From: an uncultured Methanosarcinales archaeon
GTDB lineage: Archaea > Nanobdellota > Nanobdellia > Woesearchaeales > UBA583
Assembly (NCBI GenBank): GCA_964621065.1
Contig: CAZULG010000002.1
Coordinates: 61,878-125,877 of the forward strand
Reading direction: 5' to 3'
Length of the DNA: 64,000 nucleotides
The notes beneath the pieces were generated by a model, which saw only the letters and a program-made list of their open reading frames with translations, made no database searches and was not told the DNA's origin. The first letter of the stretch is position 1; each line of letters opens with the position of its first letter. Below, piece by piece: positions 37,586 to 45,930 of the stretch. The translations under genes were made by a program, and so were the position numbers.

Positions 37586-38002
37586 TTAACGATAGGATTT
37601 TTGTCTTTTAGCTCTTGCATGTGAGTTGTTTGGTTTTTTAGTTTCTTTGAATCTTGTATCTGCTACTATGAGTGTTCTATCATATTCAGCAAATGTTTTT
37701 TTCATATCTTCTCCATACATTTCAACAAGACCTCTTGCAATAGCTTGTCTTATAGCATCGACTTGTGAGTTAACTCCTCCACCATTAACTTTAAGGTAAA
37801 AATCAACTTTACCTTCAACTTGTGCAAGAATTAATGGCTCAACTACTCTCATTTGTAAAATGTGATTTGGAACAACTTCCTTTAAATCATTTCCATTCAC
37901 TCGCAAAATACCTGTTCCTCTCATTAGTGTACTTCTTGCAATACTTGTTTTTCTTCTTCCAATTGTTTGAATTTGTTCAACTTTTGATTTCTTCTTTACC
38001 AT
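37586..38002 (-). CDS. rps9: Ribosomal protein uS9
   Basis: GRRKTSIARSTL..GGGVNSQVDAIRQAIARGL..AKRQKSYR. Confidence 0.9.
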   Translation of the reverse strand: MVKKKSKVEQIQTIGRRKTSIARSTLMRGTGILRVNGNDLKEVVPNHILQMRVVEPLILAQVEGKVDFYLKVNGGGVNSQVDAIRQAIARGLVEMYGEDMKKTFAEYDRTLIVADTRFKETKKPNNSHARAKRQKSYR

Positions 38003-38008
38003 CTTTCA

Positions 38009-38458
38009 TTAATTCTCCTTAGTATAACCCAATATTTTACAAATATCTCCCATATATGAATAATAGAATACACTCTCCTCATTAATCTTTGCTTTTTCAA
38101 TCACTTCTTTTTGTGAATTTAATAAAATTGAAGGAGTACTATTATAGCACTTTAGTCGTTTATACGCTTCAATTCCTCTTTGATTTTTATATGGAAGCAT
38201 ATTTCTAAATGCTCTTTTTACCATATCTGCAGGACTTCTTGAATAGTATGGACCTTGCTTTACAACTTTATTTGAGAGTTTTGTTTTATACCTCTCAACA
38301 AGATATTTTTTCTTACCAAGAACTACAATATCTCTACAATTTACAATTTTTATTTCTTCACCAAGTAACAATCGTTTTGCAACAACACTTCCAAGTCTTC
38401 CAAGTACTAAATCTTTTGCATCAATAATTGTTGCCTCTTCTTTTTTTTGATTCGTCAT
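38009..38458 (-). CDS. rpl13: Ribosomal protein uL13
   Basis: IIDAKDLVLGRLGSVVAKRLLLGEEIKIVN. Start taken at MTNQKKEE; the longer track ORF overlaps rpoD. Confidence 0.9.
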   Translation of the reverse strand: MTNQKKEEATIIDAKDLVLGRLGSVVAKRLLLGEEIKIVNCRDIVVLGKKKYLVERYKTKLSNKVVKQGPYYSRSPADMVKRAFRNMLPYKNQRGIEAYKRLKCYNSTPSILLNSQKEVIEKAKINEESVFYYSYMGDICKILGYTKEN

Positions 38459-38459
38459 T

Positions 38460-39062
38460 TTATAATTCTCCCTCCAGTTCTTCAACTTTTGAAACCAAAA
38501 TGTCAATTGCTGAATTAAATGTTTCTTTTGCACTTAATTGTTTATGAAGTTCTAATACAAGATCTAATGAGGAACCATTTTCTTTTAAATATGCATGTGC
38601 AGGTGCCCATTTTGCGTGTTCTCGTCCTGTACCTAATATTGCTTTTGCTTTAATTTGAACTCCTTTTTTACCAAATATTTTTGTAATTGGTATATTTTTA
38701 TCAACAGGTGTTACTTGTGGATCATCACTTTTTAACTCAGATGAATACACATACCCATCTTCATCAGTCTCTAAATTAAATGTTACTTCACATAAAGCAC
38801 ATCCAACTCCTCCACATTTACACTCATCTCTTCTGTTGTAATCCTTAGTATTTGTTGTAAGAGGAATTAATCCTAATCGATGAGCAAGTGTTTCATCATA
38901 CAAAGGAGTTTCATTTTTGATAACTTCAACATCTTCAATTGCAAATGTTTTCACATCATCAATAACAACTCTTCGAATAGCGTTAACTACTTCATTTTTT
39001 GTATTTGTAAATGTGAAAATTGCTTCATTATCAATTTCATTCATCTCAGGTTTAGTTGACAT
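38460..39062 (-). CDS. rpoD: RNA polymerase subunit D (Rpo3)
   Basis: ..NAIRRVVIDDVKTFAIEDVEVIKNETPLYDETLAHRLGLIPL.. Start taken at MSTKPEM. Confidence 0.8.
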   Translation of the reverse strand: MSTKPEMNEIDNEAIFTFTNTKNEVVNAIRRVVIDDVKTFAIEDVEVIKNETPLYDETLAHRLGLIPLTTNTKDYNRRDECKCGGVGCALCEVTFNLETDEDGYVYSSELKSDDPQVTPVDKNIPITKIFGKKGVQIKAKAILGTGREHAKWAPAHAYLKENGSSLDLVLELHKQLSAKETFNSAIDILVSKVEELEGEL

Positions 39063-39063
39063 T

Positions 39064-39546
39064 TTATACTCTCCTCCCTCTTCTTCCACCTTTTGCTCTA
39101 CATTTATCGTGAGGCACAGGTGTTACATCTTCAATTCTTCCAAGTTTCATTCCATATCGAGTTAGAATACGAATTGCTGCTTGTGCTCCAGGACCTGAAG
39201 TCATTGGTCCATTGTGTCCTCCAACTGCTCGAAGTTTAACATACAAAGCTGTAACTCCTTTTGCTTGACATTGCTCAGCTACTAATTTCGCAGCTGCCAT
39301 TGCAATATTGGGAGTTGCTTTTAATCGATCTGATTTTGTAACCATTCCTCCAGTTACTTTACAAATTGTCTCAGTACCAGTTACATCAGTCACGTGAAGG
39401 TGTGTATTGTTATATGATGAATAAATATATAGTACTCCCCAATTTTCTTGTTTTTGCTCTTTTTTAGGAGCAGTTTTAGTCTCAACTTTTACTTCTTGTG
39501 TTTGAGCTGACTGAGCGTCTTGTGGTTGTTGTTCTTTTTGAGCCAT
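39064..39546 (-). CDS. rps11: Ribosomal protein uS11 with ~35-aa Gln/Lys/Glu-rich N-terminal extension
   Basis: ..[42 protein letters not shown].. Confidence 0.9.
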   Translation of the reverse strand: MAQKEQQPQDAQSAQTQEVKVETKTAPKKEQKQENWGVLYIYSSYNNTHLHVTDVTGTETICKVTGGMVTKSDRLKATPNIAMAAAKLVAEQCQAKGVTALYVKLRAVGGHNGPMTSGPGAQAAIRILTRYGMKLGRIEDVTPVPHDKCRAKGGRRGRRV

Positions 39547-39548
39547 TT

Positions 39549-40202
39549 TTATTTGTCCTCCTCCTCTTCTTGAATTTCATCAGGATTCATATCTTGTTCT
39601 TTATCAACTAATTTTGTAGATTCTTCTACATTTTCAATTGTATTTTCTTCAACAAGTACTACTTCTTCTTCATAGACTTGAGTTTTTTCAAGCACTCTCT
39701 CTGGATGTTCAGTATCAAAAAGACTTGATGTTTCTTTAAATTTAATTTGCTCAACTTCTGCTACAGATGTCATATAACTAGGTGAGTTAATTACTTTATC
39801 TCCAATCATGATGTGTTTGTGTACAACAAATTGTCTTGCTTGCTCTGGAGTTTTTGCAAGTTTTAATTTGTATACAATATTACTTAATCTTCTCTCTAAA
39901 AAGTCAATTACAGTAATATCTAATACACTATCAATTGAATCTACTTCTGGCTGTAATATTCCTTGTTCTTTTAATCTGTTTAAAAATGCAATTCCTTGTT
40001 CACTCTCATTTGGATTATCAAGCCTATTGAGTTGTTTTGCAATATTTTTATATTTTTTAACTAGTAACTCTAACTTTCTAATTTCTTTTTTGTTTTTAAG
40101 AGCATAATTTTTAACCAATTCCTTCTCTTCAACAATAGTTGTTTTATCCCATTTTTTTTTGTGAGATAAAAATTTTTTTCTTCTCTTAGATGGTAATCCC
40201 AT
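39549..40202 (-). CDS. rps4: Ribosomal protein uS4 with ~45-aa acidic C-terminal tail
   Basis: S4 RNA-binding domain [40 protein letters not shown]. The tail ends ..[14 protein letters not shown]. Confidence 0.9.
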   Translation of the reverse strand: MGLPSKRRKKFLSHKKKWDKTTIVEEKELVKNYALKNKKEIRKLELLVKKYKNIAKQLNRLDNPNESEQGIAFLNRLKEQGILQPEVDSIDSVLDITVIDFLERRLSNIVYKLKLAKTPEQARQFVVHKHIMIGDKVINSPSYMTSVAEVEQIKFKETSSLFDTEHPERVLEKTQVYEEEVVLVEENTIENVEESTKLVDKEQDMNPDEIQEEEEDK

Positions 40203-40204
40203 TT

Positions 40205-40675
40205 TTAGTTATTTCCTCTTGTTTTAGATTTTTTTGAATTAAGCATACGTTGTCTTCTGAAATTTGATGCTGTTCTTTGTCCACGAACTGTGAGTTTAAG
40301 TTTTGAACGTAATACTTTGTATGATCGAATTTTTGAATTTCTTCGTTGAAGTTGTAGATTTTGAAAATCTAAATCTTTTCCAACAAAATGTCTATTTTCA
40401 CCTGTAAGTGTGTCTTTTTGTTGATTCTTCATCCAAGTTGGAATACCTGTGAATTCACCTTTACTTAAGTAATCTTCAATTGCTTCAATTTCAGATTCAC
40501 TTAACGTTCCAATTTTTCTATTTTTATCTAATCCTAATGTAACACAAACTGCGTTTGAAAACATGACGCTCATTCCTTTGATATTAGCAAGTCCAAATAG
40601 TATGGAATTGTTTGCTAAAATATCTTTTGACATGATACGAATCAATTCAGCAGATTTTTTTTCTTGTTTAGCCAT
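40205..40675 (-). CDS. rps13: Ribosomal protein uS13
   Basis: Position at the head of the S13-S4-S11 cluster, and ..LFGLANIKGMSVMFSNAVC.. ..LQRRNSKIRSYKVLRSKLKLTVRGQRT.. Confidence 0.9.
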   Translation of the reverse strand: MAKQEKKSAELIRIMSKDILANNSILFGLANIKGMSVMFSNAVCVTLGLDKNRKIGTLSESEIEAIEDYLSKGEFTGIPTWMKNQQKDTLTGENRHFVGKDLDFQNLQLQRRNSKIRSYKVLRSKLKLTVRGQRTASNFRRQRMLNSKKSKTRGNN

Positions 40676-40791
40676 GTTATGACTAAAATAAACCTTGTTT
40701 TCTTTATAAATATTTGCTAGTGTAATGTTTTATATATAAATTGTTGTCATTAATGATGACACAAATTAAACTCAACTCAGTAATATTTTTT

Positions 40792-41301
40792 TCAAAGGAT
40801 ATATGTTTCTAATAAAAATTTACATTCTGGATGAAATGGCTCACGGTTTTGAATCATTTGTTTAATTTCTTCTATTGAGAGCCATTTAACTTGTTCAACT
40901 TCAGTATTATCAATGTTGAGAGTATTATCATCATTGATTTTTGCAACAAATGAGCAGGAGAATCGTTTTCTATTATTATCAAGTACAAAGAAATGTTTCC
41001 CAAGCAATTGAAGGGAGTTAGCTTTAATACCTACTTCTTCAAATAATTCTCTTTTTGCACATTCTTCATAACTCTCATTATAGTTCACATGCCCACCTCC
41101 ACTAATGTCCCAATGAAGCGGATATTTTTTAGAGTGTTTTGAGCGTTGTTGTAAAAGAATGTTATTGTTACTTATATTTTGAACAAAAACTGATGCAGAG
41201 CGAAGTATATGTTTTCCAAATACTTCATCTTTTCGATTAATTGAGCCTAAAAGATTATCTTGAGAATCAACACTACATGCAACTTCTTCATGAAAATTCA
41301 T
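40792..41301 (-). CDS. NUDIX hydrolase (second copy)
   Basis: Nudix box GGGHVNYNESYEECAKRELFEEVGI. Confidence 0.75.
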   Translation of the reverse strand: MNFHEEVACSVDSQDNLLGSINRKDEVFGKHILRSASVFVQNISNNNILLQQRSKHSKKYPLHWDISGGGHVNYNESYEECAKRELFEEVGIKANSLQLLGKHFFVLDNNRKRFSCSFVAKINDDNTLNIDNTEVEQVKWLSIEEIKQMIQNREPFHPECKFLLETYIL

Positions 41302-41375
41302 AATTAACTCTCAATTTGAAAATATATAAAGATTTGTATATTTAATTATTTAAATTAATTTTTAAAAATAAAAAA

Positions 41376-41918
41376 TTATTCTTCTTCAGATGCTTCAAAT
41401 TCATTTGAATTAACTAATCCTTCCACTTTTCCACCAGCTTCTTCAACACATGCTTTTGCACCTTGAGAAATTTCATTTACAATAATTGTAAGTTTTCTTG
41501 AAAGTTTAGCACTTCCAAGCACTTTTTCAACTCCGAGTGTTTTACAATTAATAATATAGGAATCTTTTTCCTTGCTCACTGCTCCACTTTCTTCAAGTGA
41601 TGAGAATTGAGTCTCAATATAGCTTAATGAGAGTGTTTTTTGTGATTTTTTATAAATTGATGTAAATCCTTTTTTACCAAAATAATCTCTACCTAGTTTA
41701 ATTTTAGAAGATTTAACTCCTCTTTGAGCACCAATTAAATTTTTCAATTTTTTAGACTCAGTTAATACTGATAATTTTTTTGAATCTCCTCTTGCACCTG
41801 TTCCAGCAAGTCCAAATCCTCCTCTATTTCCAGAACCTCTATGTTTTTTCTTGTGACCCCATCCATGAGAATTTGTTCCTCTCATTGTTTGAGATTTTTT
41901 TCTCTGTTTTTTAAGCAT
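41376..41918 (-). CDS. rpl15: Ribosomal protein uL15 with acidic C-terminal tail
   Basis: GWGHKKKHRGSGNRGGFGLAGTG... It stands alone, not next to L30, secY or adk. Confidence 0.85.
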   Translation of the reverse strand: MLKKQRKKSQTMRGTNSHGWGHKKKHRGSGNRGGFGLAGTGARGDSKKLSVLTESKKLKNLIGAQRGVKSSKIKLGRDYFGKKGFTSIYKKSQKTLSLSYIETQFSSLEESGAVSKEKDSYIINCKTLGVEKVLGSAKLSRKLTIIVNEISQGAKACVEEAGGKVEGLVNSNEFEASEEE

Positions 41919-41940
41919 ACTTTCAATAAATAAGAAATTA

Positions 41941-41948
41941 TTTATAAA
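41941..41948. promoter_or_regulatory. Palindromic TATA box TTTATAAA centred in a 51-bp divergent intergenic region
   Basis: The centre is about 26.5 nt from the uL15 ATG (41918, -) and about 25.5 nt from the ATG at 41970 (+). Confidence 0.55.
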
Positions 41949-41969
41949 TATTTAGTAATTATTCTAGAT

Positions 41970-42698
41970 ATGGTTGTAAAAACACAAGCATATTTGTTAG
42001 AAAAAAGAGAACTCTCACCTACGACAATGCACTTTATATTTAAATGTGAAGATGATTTTATGTATAAAGCGGGTCAATTTATAAATTTTATAATTGATAA
42101 ACAAGATTCCACAAGACCGATGAGAAGAGCATATTCAATTTGTAGTGCGTATAATTCAACTCATCCACGAGAGTTTGAGTTATGTGTTAAACTTGAAGGA
42201 GAAGGAGAATTCACACCTCTTTTATTCAATTCTTCAATTAATGATTCGTTTAATGTAATGGGTCCTTTAGGTTTGTTTAAACTACACTCCAATACTCAAG
42301 AAGACGAGATTATTAGAGATCAAGTATTTATTGGAGCAGGTTCAGGAATTGCACCTTTAAGATCTTTTATTAGAGAACTTCTTATCAATCAAAACTTTAC
42401 TCGCAATGTGACGTTACTTTTTGGAGCTAGAAGTGAGGAGGAAATATTATTCAAAGATGAGCTTGATAAATTGGAGCAAGAGTATTCAAATTTCAATTAC
42501 ATAATTACACTCTCGCGCCCAAGTGCTAATTGGGATGGTTTAACAGGCTATGTGCAAGATCATTTAACTGAAATAGGAAATATTTCTTCTTCTCAAATAT
42601 ATATATGTGGAAGAACGAAGATGGTTGATGGTGTTCATCACAAATTAGATGAGCTAGATATAGCAAAAGAACAACGACACCATGAAAAATTTGGTTAA
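41970..42698 (+). CDS. Ferredoxin-NADP reductase-like FAD/NAD(P)-binding oxidoreductase
   Basis: FAD motif RAYSICS (RxYS) and NAD motif GAGSGIAPLRS. No Fe-S cysteine cluster. Confidence 0.7.
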   Translation: MVVKTQAYLLEKRELSPTTMHFIFKCEDDFMYKAGQFINFIIDKQDSTRPMRRAYSICSAYNSTHPREFELCVKLEGEGEFTPLLFNSSINDSFNVMGPLGLFKLHSNTQEDEIIRDQVFIGAGSGIAPLRSFIRELLINQNFTRNVTLLFGARSEEEILFKDELDKLEQEYSNFNYIITLSRPSANWDGLTGYVQDHLTEIGNISSSQIYICGRTKMVDGVHHKLDELDIAKEQRHHEKFG

Positions 42699-42789
42699 TT
42701 CTATTAATTGTTAAAACTACAATTAGTTAAAGCAATTAAAAAAATATTATTTATGTGTATATATTAAAAATAATTTCTAATATTAAAAT

Positions 42790-43956
42790 TTATTCTCCAA
42801 TAATTTCAAGTACTGCTTTTGTTAATTTCTCATCAAGTGATTTTTCATTTAATTTTGATATGAAGTATAATGATACTATGTGATCTTTAACATTAGTTTT
42901 ATGACGAAGTGGTTTGTGTGTGTCACTCATTCCTCTTAAGTATTTATCTAAATCGAAAAATACTTCAGGCGTCATCCATCGAAGTGTCTCAGTATAATAT
43001 CGAAGTGTATTTCTAGTCTCTTCAATCCCAACTCTTTTAATTAGATATTCTAGCCAACTCAAAATAATTACAAGTGCATTTGTATTATTTTTCAAAACAG
43101 TAAGTGGAACTGCATCAGCAGCTGCCTCTTCAATATTGAGTGTATCTAATTCAAGTAAACTTGAGGATATTTTCTTCTCTTCTTTTTGCTCAGGCGCAAT
43201 AGCTATAATCTCAGGATTTGCTTCTCTTTGAGGGATTCTCATTTCTGAAGACTTAGTATTTTCCACGTTATCCTTGAGTTTAAATTCATCATCATCTCTT
43301 TGTAGTACAGTTCCATTTGAATTTGAATCTTCTTGAGGAATTTCAATTTCTAGTGGTTCATTATTATTTTCTTCAATAAGTTCTTCTTTTTTTTGTTCTT
43401 GTGAAACTTCAACTGAACCCACTTTTTTTGGCAAATCTTCTTGTGAGACAAATGGGTTGTATTGATTATTGATTAATTCATAAAGTGATAAAAATTGAGA
43501 CATGTTGTTATCAAACTCTTTAATTTTAGAGTCGTTCTCTTTTGATTTTTTATCAAGCTCTTCAACTCGTGTTGTTAATGAGTTCACTGAGTTTTCAATT
43601 TTTTTAATATCAGTTACAAGTCCTGTAATTCTCTCATTAGATTCTTTCATCTCTTTGTGCATCTTCATCAATACTTCACTCACAGACTTCTTGTTTCCTC
43701 CTCCCACAGGTTTTAGACTAGCCTGTTGCTGGTTTGAAAAATTATTTTGCTGGTTTTGTGATTGTTCTTGTTTAGTACTCTCTTGTAACTTTTGCTCAGA
43801 AGAGTTTGAATCTTGGTTTTGTTGCACTTGATTATTATTATTATTATTATTATTATTTTGTGTATTTGCAACAGGCACAGATGATGTCTGTGTTTCTTTA
43901 GACTTAGCTTTGTTATTTTTCCCACCTAATAAAAATTGAATTATTCCTAATGCCAT
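42790..43956 (-). CDS. Coiled-coil protein with C-terminal archaellum ArlD/ArlE (FlaD/E)-like domain
   Basis: N-terminal amphipathic MALGIIQFLLGG, a Gln/Asn-rich tract, and a coiled coil. The C-terminal ..LVIILSWLEYLIKRVGIEETRNTLRYYTETLRWMTPEVFFDLDKYLRG matches my memory of the FlaD/E family signature. No HMM check was run. Confidence 0.45.
   Translation of the reverse strand: MALGIIQFLLGGKNNKAKSKETQTSSVPVANTQNNNNNNNNNQVQQNQDSNSSEQKLQESTKQEQSQNQQNNFSNQQQASLKPVGGGNKKSVSEVLMKMHKEMKESNERITGLVTDIKKIENSVNSLTTRVEELDKKSKENDSKIKEFDNNMSQFLSLYELINNQYNPFVSQEDLPKKVGSVEVSQEQKKEELIEENNNEPLEIEIPQEDSNSNGTVLQRDDDEFKLKDNVENTKSSEMRIPQREANPEIIAIAPEQKEEKKISSSLLELDTLNIEEAAADAVPLTVLKNNTNALVIILSWLEYLIKRVGIEETRNTLRYYTETLRWMTPEVFFDLDKYLRGMSDTHKPLRHKTNVKDHIVSLYFISKLNEKSLDEKLTKAVLEIIGE
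43831..43857 (-). repeat. Perfect (AAT)9 trinucleotide run encoding poly-Asn
   Basis: attattattattattattattattatt on the + strand. It is in frame in the ArlD/E-like gene (codons 34-42). Confidence 0.9.
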
Positions 43957-44020
43957 TTGTTAATTTATTCATTATTATATTTTATTTATAACTGTGTCAC
44001 TACTTCATCATTTCTATTAC

Positions 44021-44701
44021 TTATTGTAATCTACTCAGAGCTGAGTTGATTCTATCAATTCTTGTTTTAATGATCTCTTCTTCAAAATTATCAGAATCTT
44101 CTCTTTCACTACTAAATGTTGTTATAAACTTTTGAGTGTTTTGTTGGGAATTTGACTGCACAGGTAAGTTGATATGATCAATTGAAGAATTTAGTGAATT
44201 TTCAACTTCTGAGATTTGTTTAAACATTTGGTACTGTGATGAATACACTTCTTCTTGCATATTATCTATTTTTTGATGTATTGATTTTATCTCAAGTGAT
44301 TGATTAGTGAGTTCGTGATTAATTGATTCAAGTTGTTCTAGAATTTGTCTAGATTGAGCATTTCGACTAGCAATCAAGTCTTGAGAAAGCCGCTCAAACG
44401 TTTGTCTTATTTTGGATAAAAATTCATCTTGTTGGGTGTGAAGTTTTTTAGTCACTAATGATTCAATATCATTAAATGCGTGCTTTCTCAGTAACGAGAG
44501 TTCATCACGAACATCTTGTAAAAATGTGAGAATCTCAATATTACTTGCTTGTGAATCATTGAGTTGGTTAAGTGATTTGAGATTTGAATAATTCAATGAT
44601 GCGTAAGGCACATACTTTTCAAGCTCAGAGTTTAATTTTGAGAGTTCTTTTTTTATTGAATTTAATTCTACCATTTTTATTTTAATTACTTTTAACTTCA
44701 C
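44021..44701 (-). CDS. Coiled-coil protein (FlaC/ArlC-like?)
   Basis: Heptad-rich and Gln/Ser/Glu/Leu-dominated, with no TM. The start is more likely MVELNSIKK at 44674, which removes the overlap with the upstream gene. Confidence 0.45.
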   Translation of the reverse strand: MKLKVIKIKMVELNSIKKELSKLNSELEKYVPYASLNYSNLKSLNQLNDSQASNIEILTFLQDVRDELSLLRKHAFNDIESLVTKKLHTQQDEFLSKIRQTFERLSQDLIASRNAQSRQILEQLESINHELTNQSLEIKSIHQKIDNMQEEVYSSQYQMFKQISEVENSLNSSIDHINLPVQSNSQQNTQKFITTFSSEREDSDNFEEEIIKTRIDRINSALSRLQ

Positions 44702-45212
44702 TAATCACTTTTGTCTGTGAAGATGAATCTTTAGGAGTACTTATATTCTCAGAGGTTTGAGGAGGAGTGGAAGGGATTTTAAGTTCTTCTTGATTTTTTT
44801 TCTCACCGCTCCAACTTGTAGGAATTGTTTTTTCATAATTTGTGATTGTTAAATTTTGAGAATTTTTCATTTCTTTACTTAGTTTTTTTAACTCATCTTG
44901 CAGAGAACTAACTTTAGTATTAATCTCACTAATCTCATCTGCAATTGCTAAGAGTTTATCTGTGCCCTCTTCTCCACCCTCAGTTTCAATAGACTCGTCT
45001 GTGTCTTTAGATTTTTCATATTCTTTTGCTTGCAAAAAAACATCAAGTAATCGTTGCATTGTTGTGTGAATTTCTTCTAAATATCTGGCTTGGTCTTCTT
45101 CTCTTTTTTTATTGTTGAGCGATTCAATAAGTATACTTTGTTTTAACTTCAATGATTCAAATTCTTTGATTAAATCAATGTCTTCACTTAAATGTTTTGA
45201 CGTACTAACCAT
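44682..45212 (-). CDS. Coiled-coil protein with Ser/Thr/Pro-rich tail
   Basis: 176 aa. Helical heptads (..LQDELKKLSKEMK..), then ..IPSTPPQTSENISTPKDSSSQTK. Confidence 0.45.
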   Translation of the reverse strand: MVSTSKHLSEDIDLIKEFESLKLKQSILIESLNNKKREEDQARYLEEIHTTMQRLLDVFLQAKEYEKSKDTDESIETEGGEEGTDKLLAIADEISEINTKVSSLQDELKKLSKEMKNSQNLTITNYEKTIPTSWSGEKKNQEELKIPSTPPQTSENISTPKDSSSQTKVISEVKSN

Positions 45213-45254
45213 ACTAGCACTTAAAAATTAAATTAAATAAATGTTAGTAACTCC

Positions 45255-45887
45255 TCACGAATTGAGAAAACCAGAGCATTGAGAATTTTGTGATTGTGTG
45301 AGAAGATGGAATGATATTTCAAACTTATTTTGAGAGTTTTCTTTTTCATGTTTGTGCTCAATTTTGAAAATAAGTCGTTGAACTTCATCATTATTATTAG
45401 AGTTTATAATTTCAAGCGATGAGTCTTGAATATTTCTATATTGATTTATATCTTCTATATTATCTTTTGTAGATATTCTTTGTTGAATTGAAGATGATGT
45501 AATAGAGTTACAAATAAAGCATGCTGATTGTGTGTTTAAACGTGATAAGAACGTATCTTGATTACTTAAAACTTGGGCTTTTGTGTTACATATTTCAATC
45601 TCTTTTAAGAGTTGTTCCTGGTTTTGAATAGAAATGTTGTTACTTTGACATTTTTGATTAATTAGACCTTGAATAGTTTGCTCATTTTGATTCACCCCAA
45701 ATTGATCGAGTCTAGACAATAGCGAAATACAATCTTGATTATCAAAATATTTATCACTTGATTGCATCGTCGTGAAGAAAAACATTAAAAATATGATAAT
45801 GATTATTGCTCCTAAGATCAATACTGCTAAAAAATCAAAACTTAGTGCTTTTTTTTCATTATATTTAAAATTAGTTTTTATGTTCAT
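45255..45887 (-). CDS. N-terminally anchored hypothetical protein (possible pilin/archaellin-like signal)
   Basis: MNIKTNFKYNEKKALSFDFLAVLILGAIIIIIFLMFFF, then a Cys/Gln/Asn-rich extracytoplasmic part. Confidence 0.4.
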   Translation of the reverse strand: MNIKTNFKYNEKKALSFDFLAVLILGAIIIIIFLMFFFTTMQSSDKYFDNQDCISLLSRLDQFGVNQNEQTIQGLINQKCQSNNISIQNQEQLLKEIEICNTKAQVLSNQDTFLSRLNTQSACFICNSITSSSIQQRISTKDNIEDINQYRNIQDSSLEIINSNNNDEVQRLIFKIEHKHEKENSQNKFEISFHLLTQSQNSQCSGFLNS

Positions 45888-45930
45888 TATTAATTTGTGA
45901 TAATTGTATTAATTTAATAAAAAAAATTAT

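Noticed and set aside
37408-37620. 70-aa ORF on the minus strand
   Set aside because: It overlaps, out of frame, both the eS27 gene (37397-37561) and the 3' end of uS9. Its translation has no recognisable features, whereas the other frame gives a textbook eS27.
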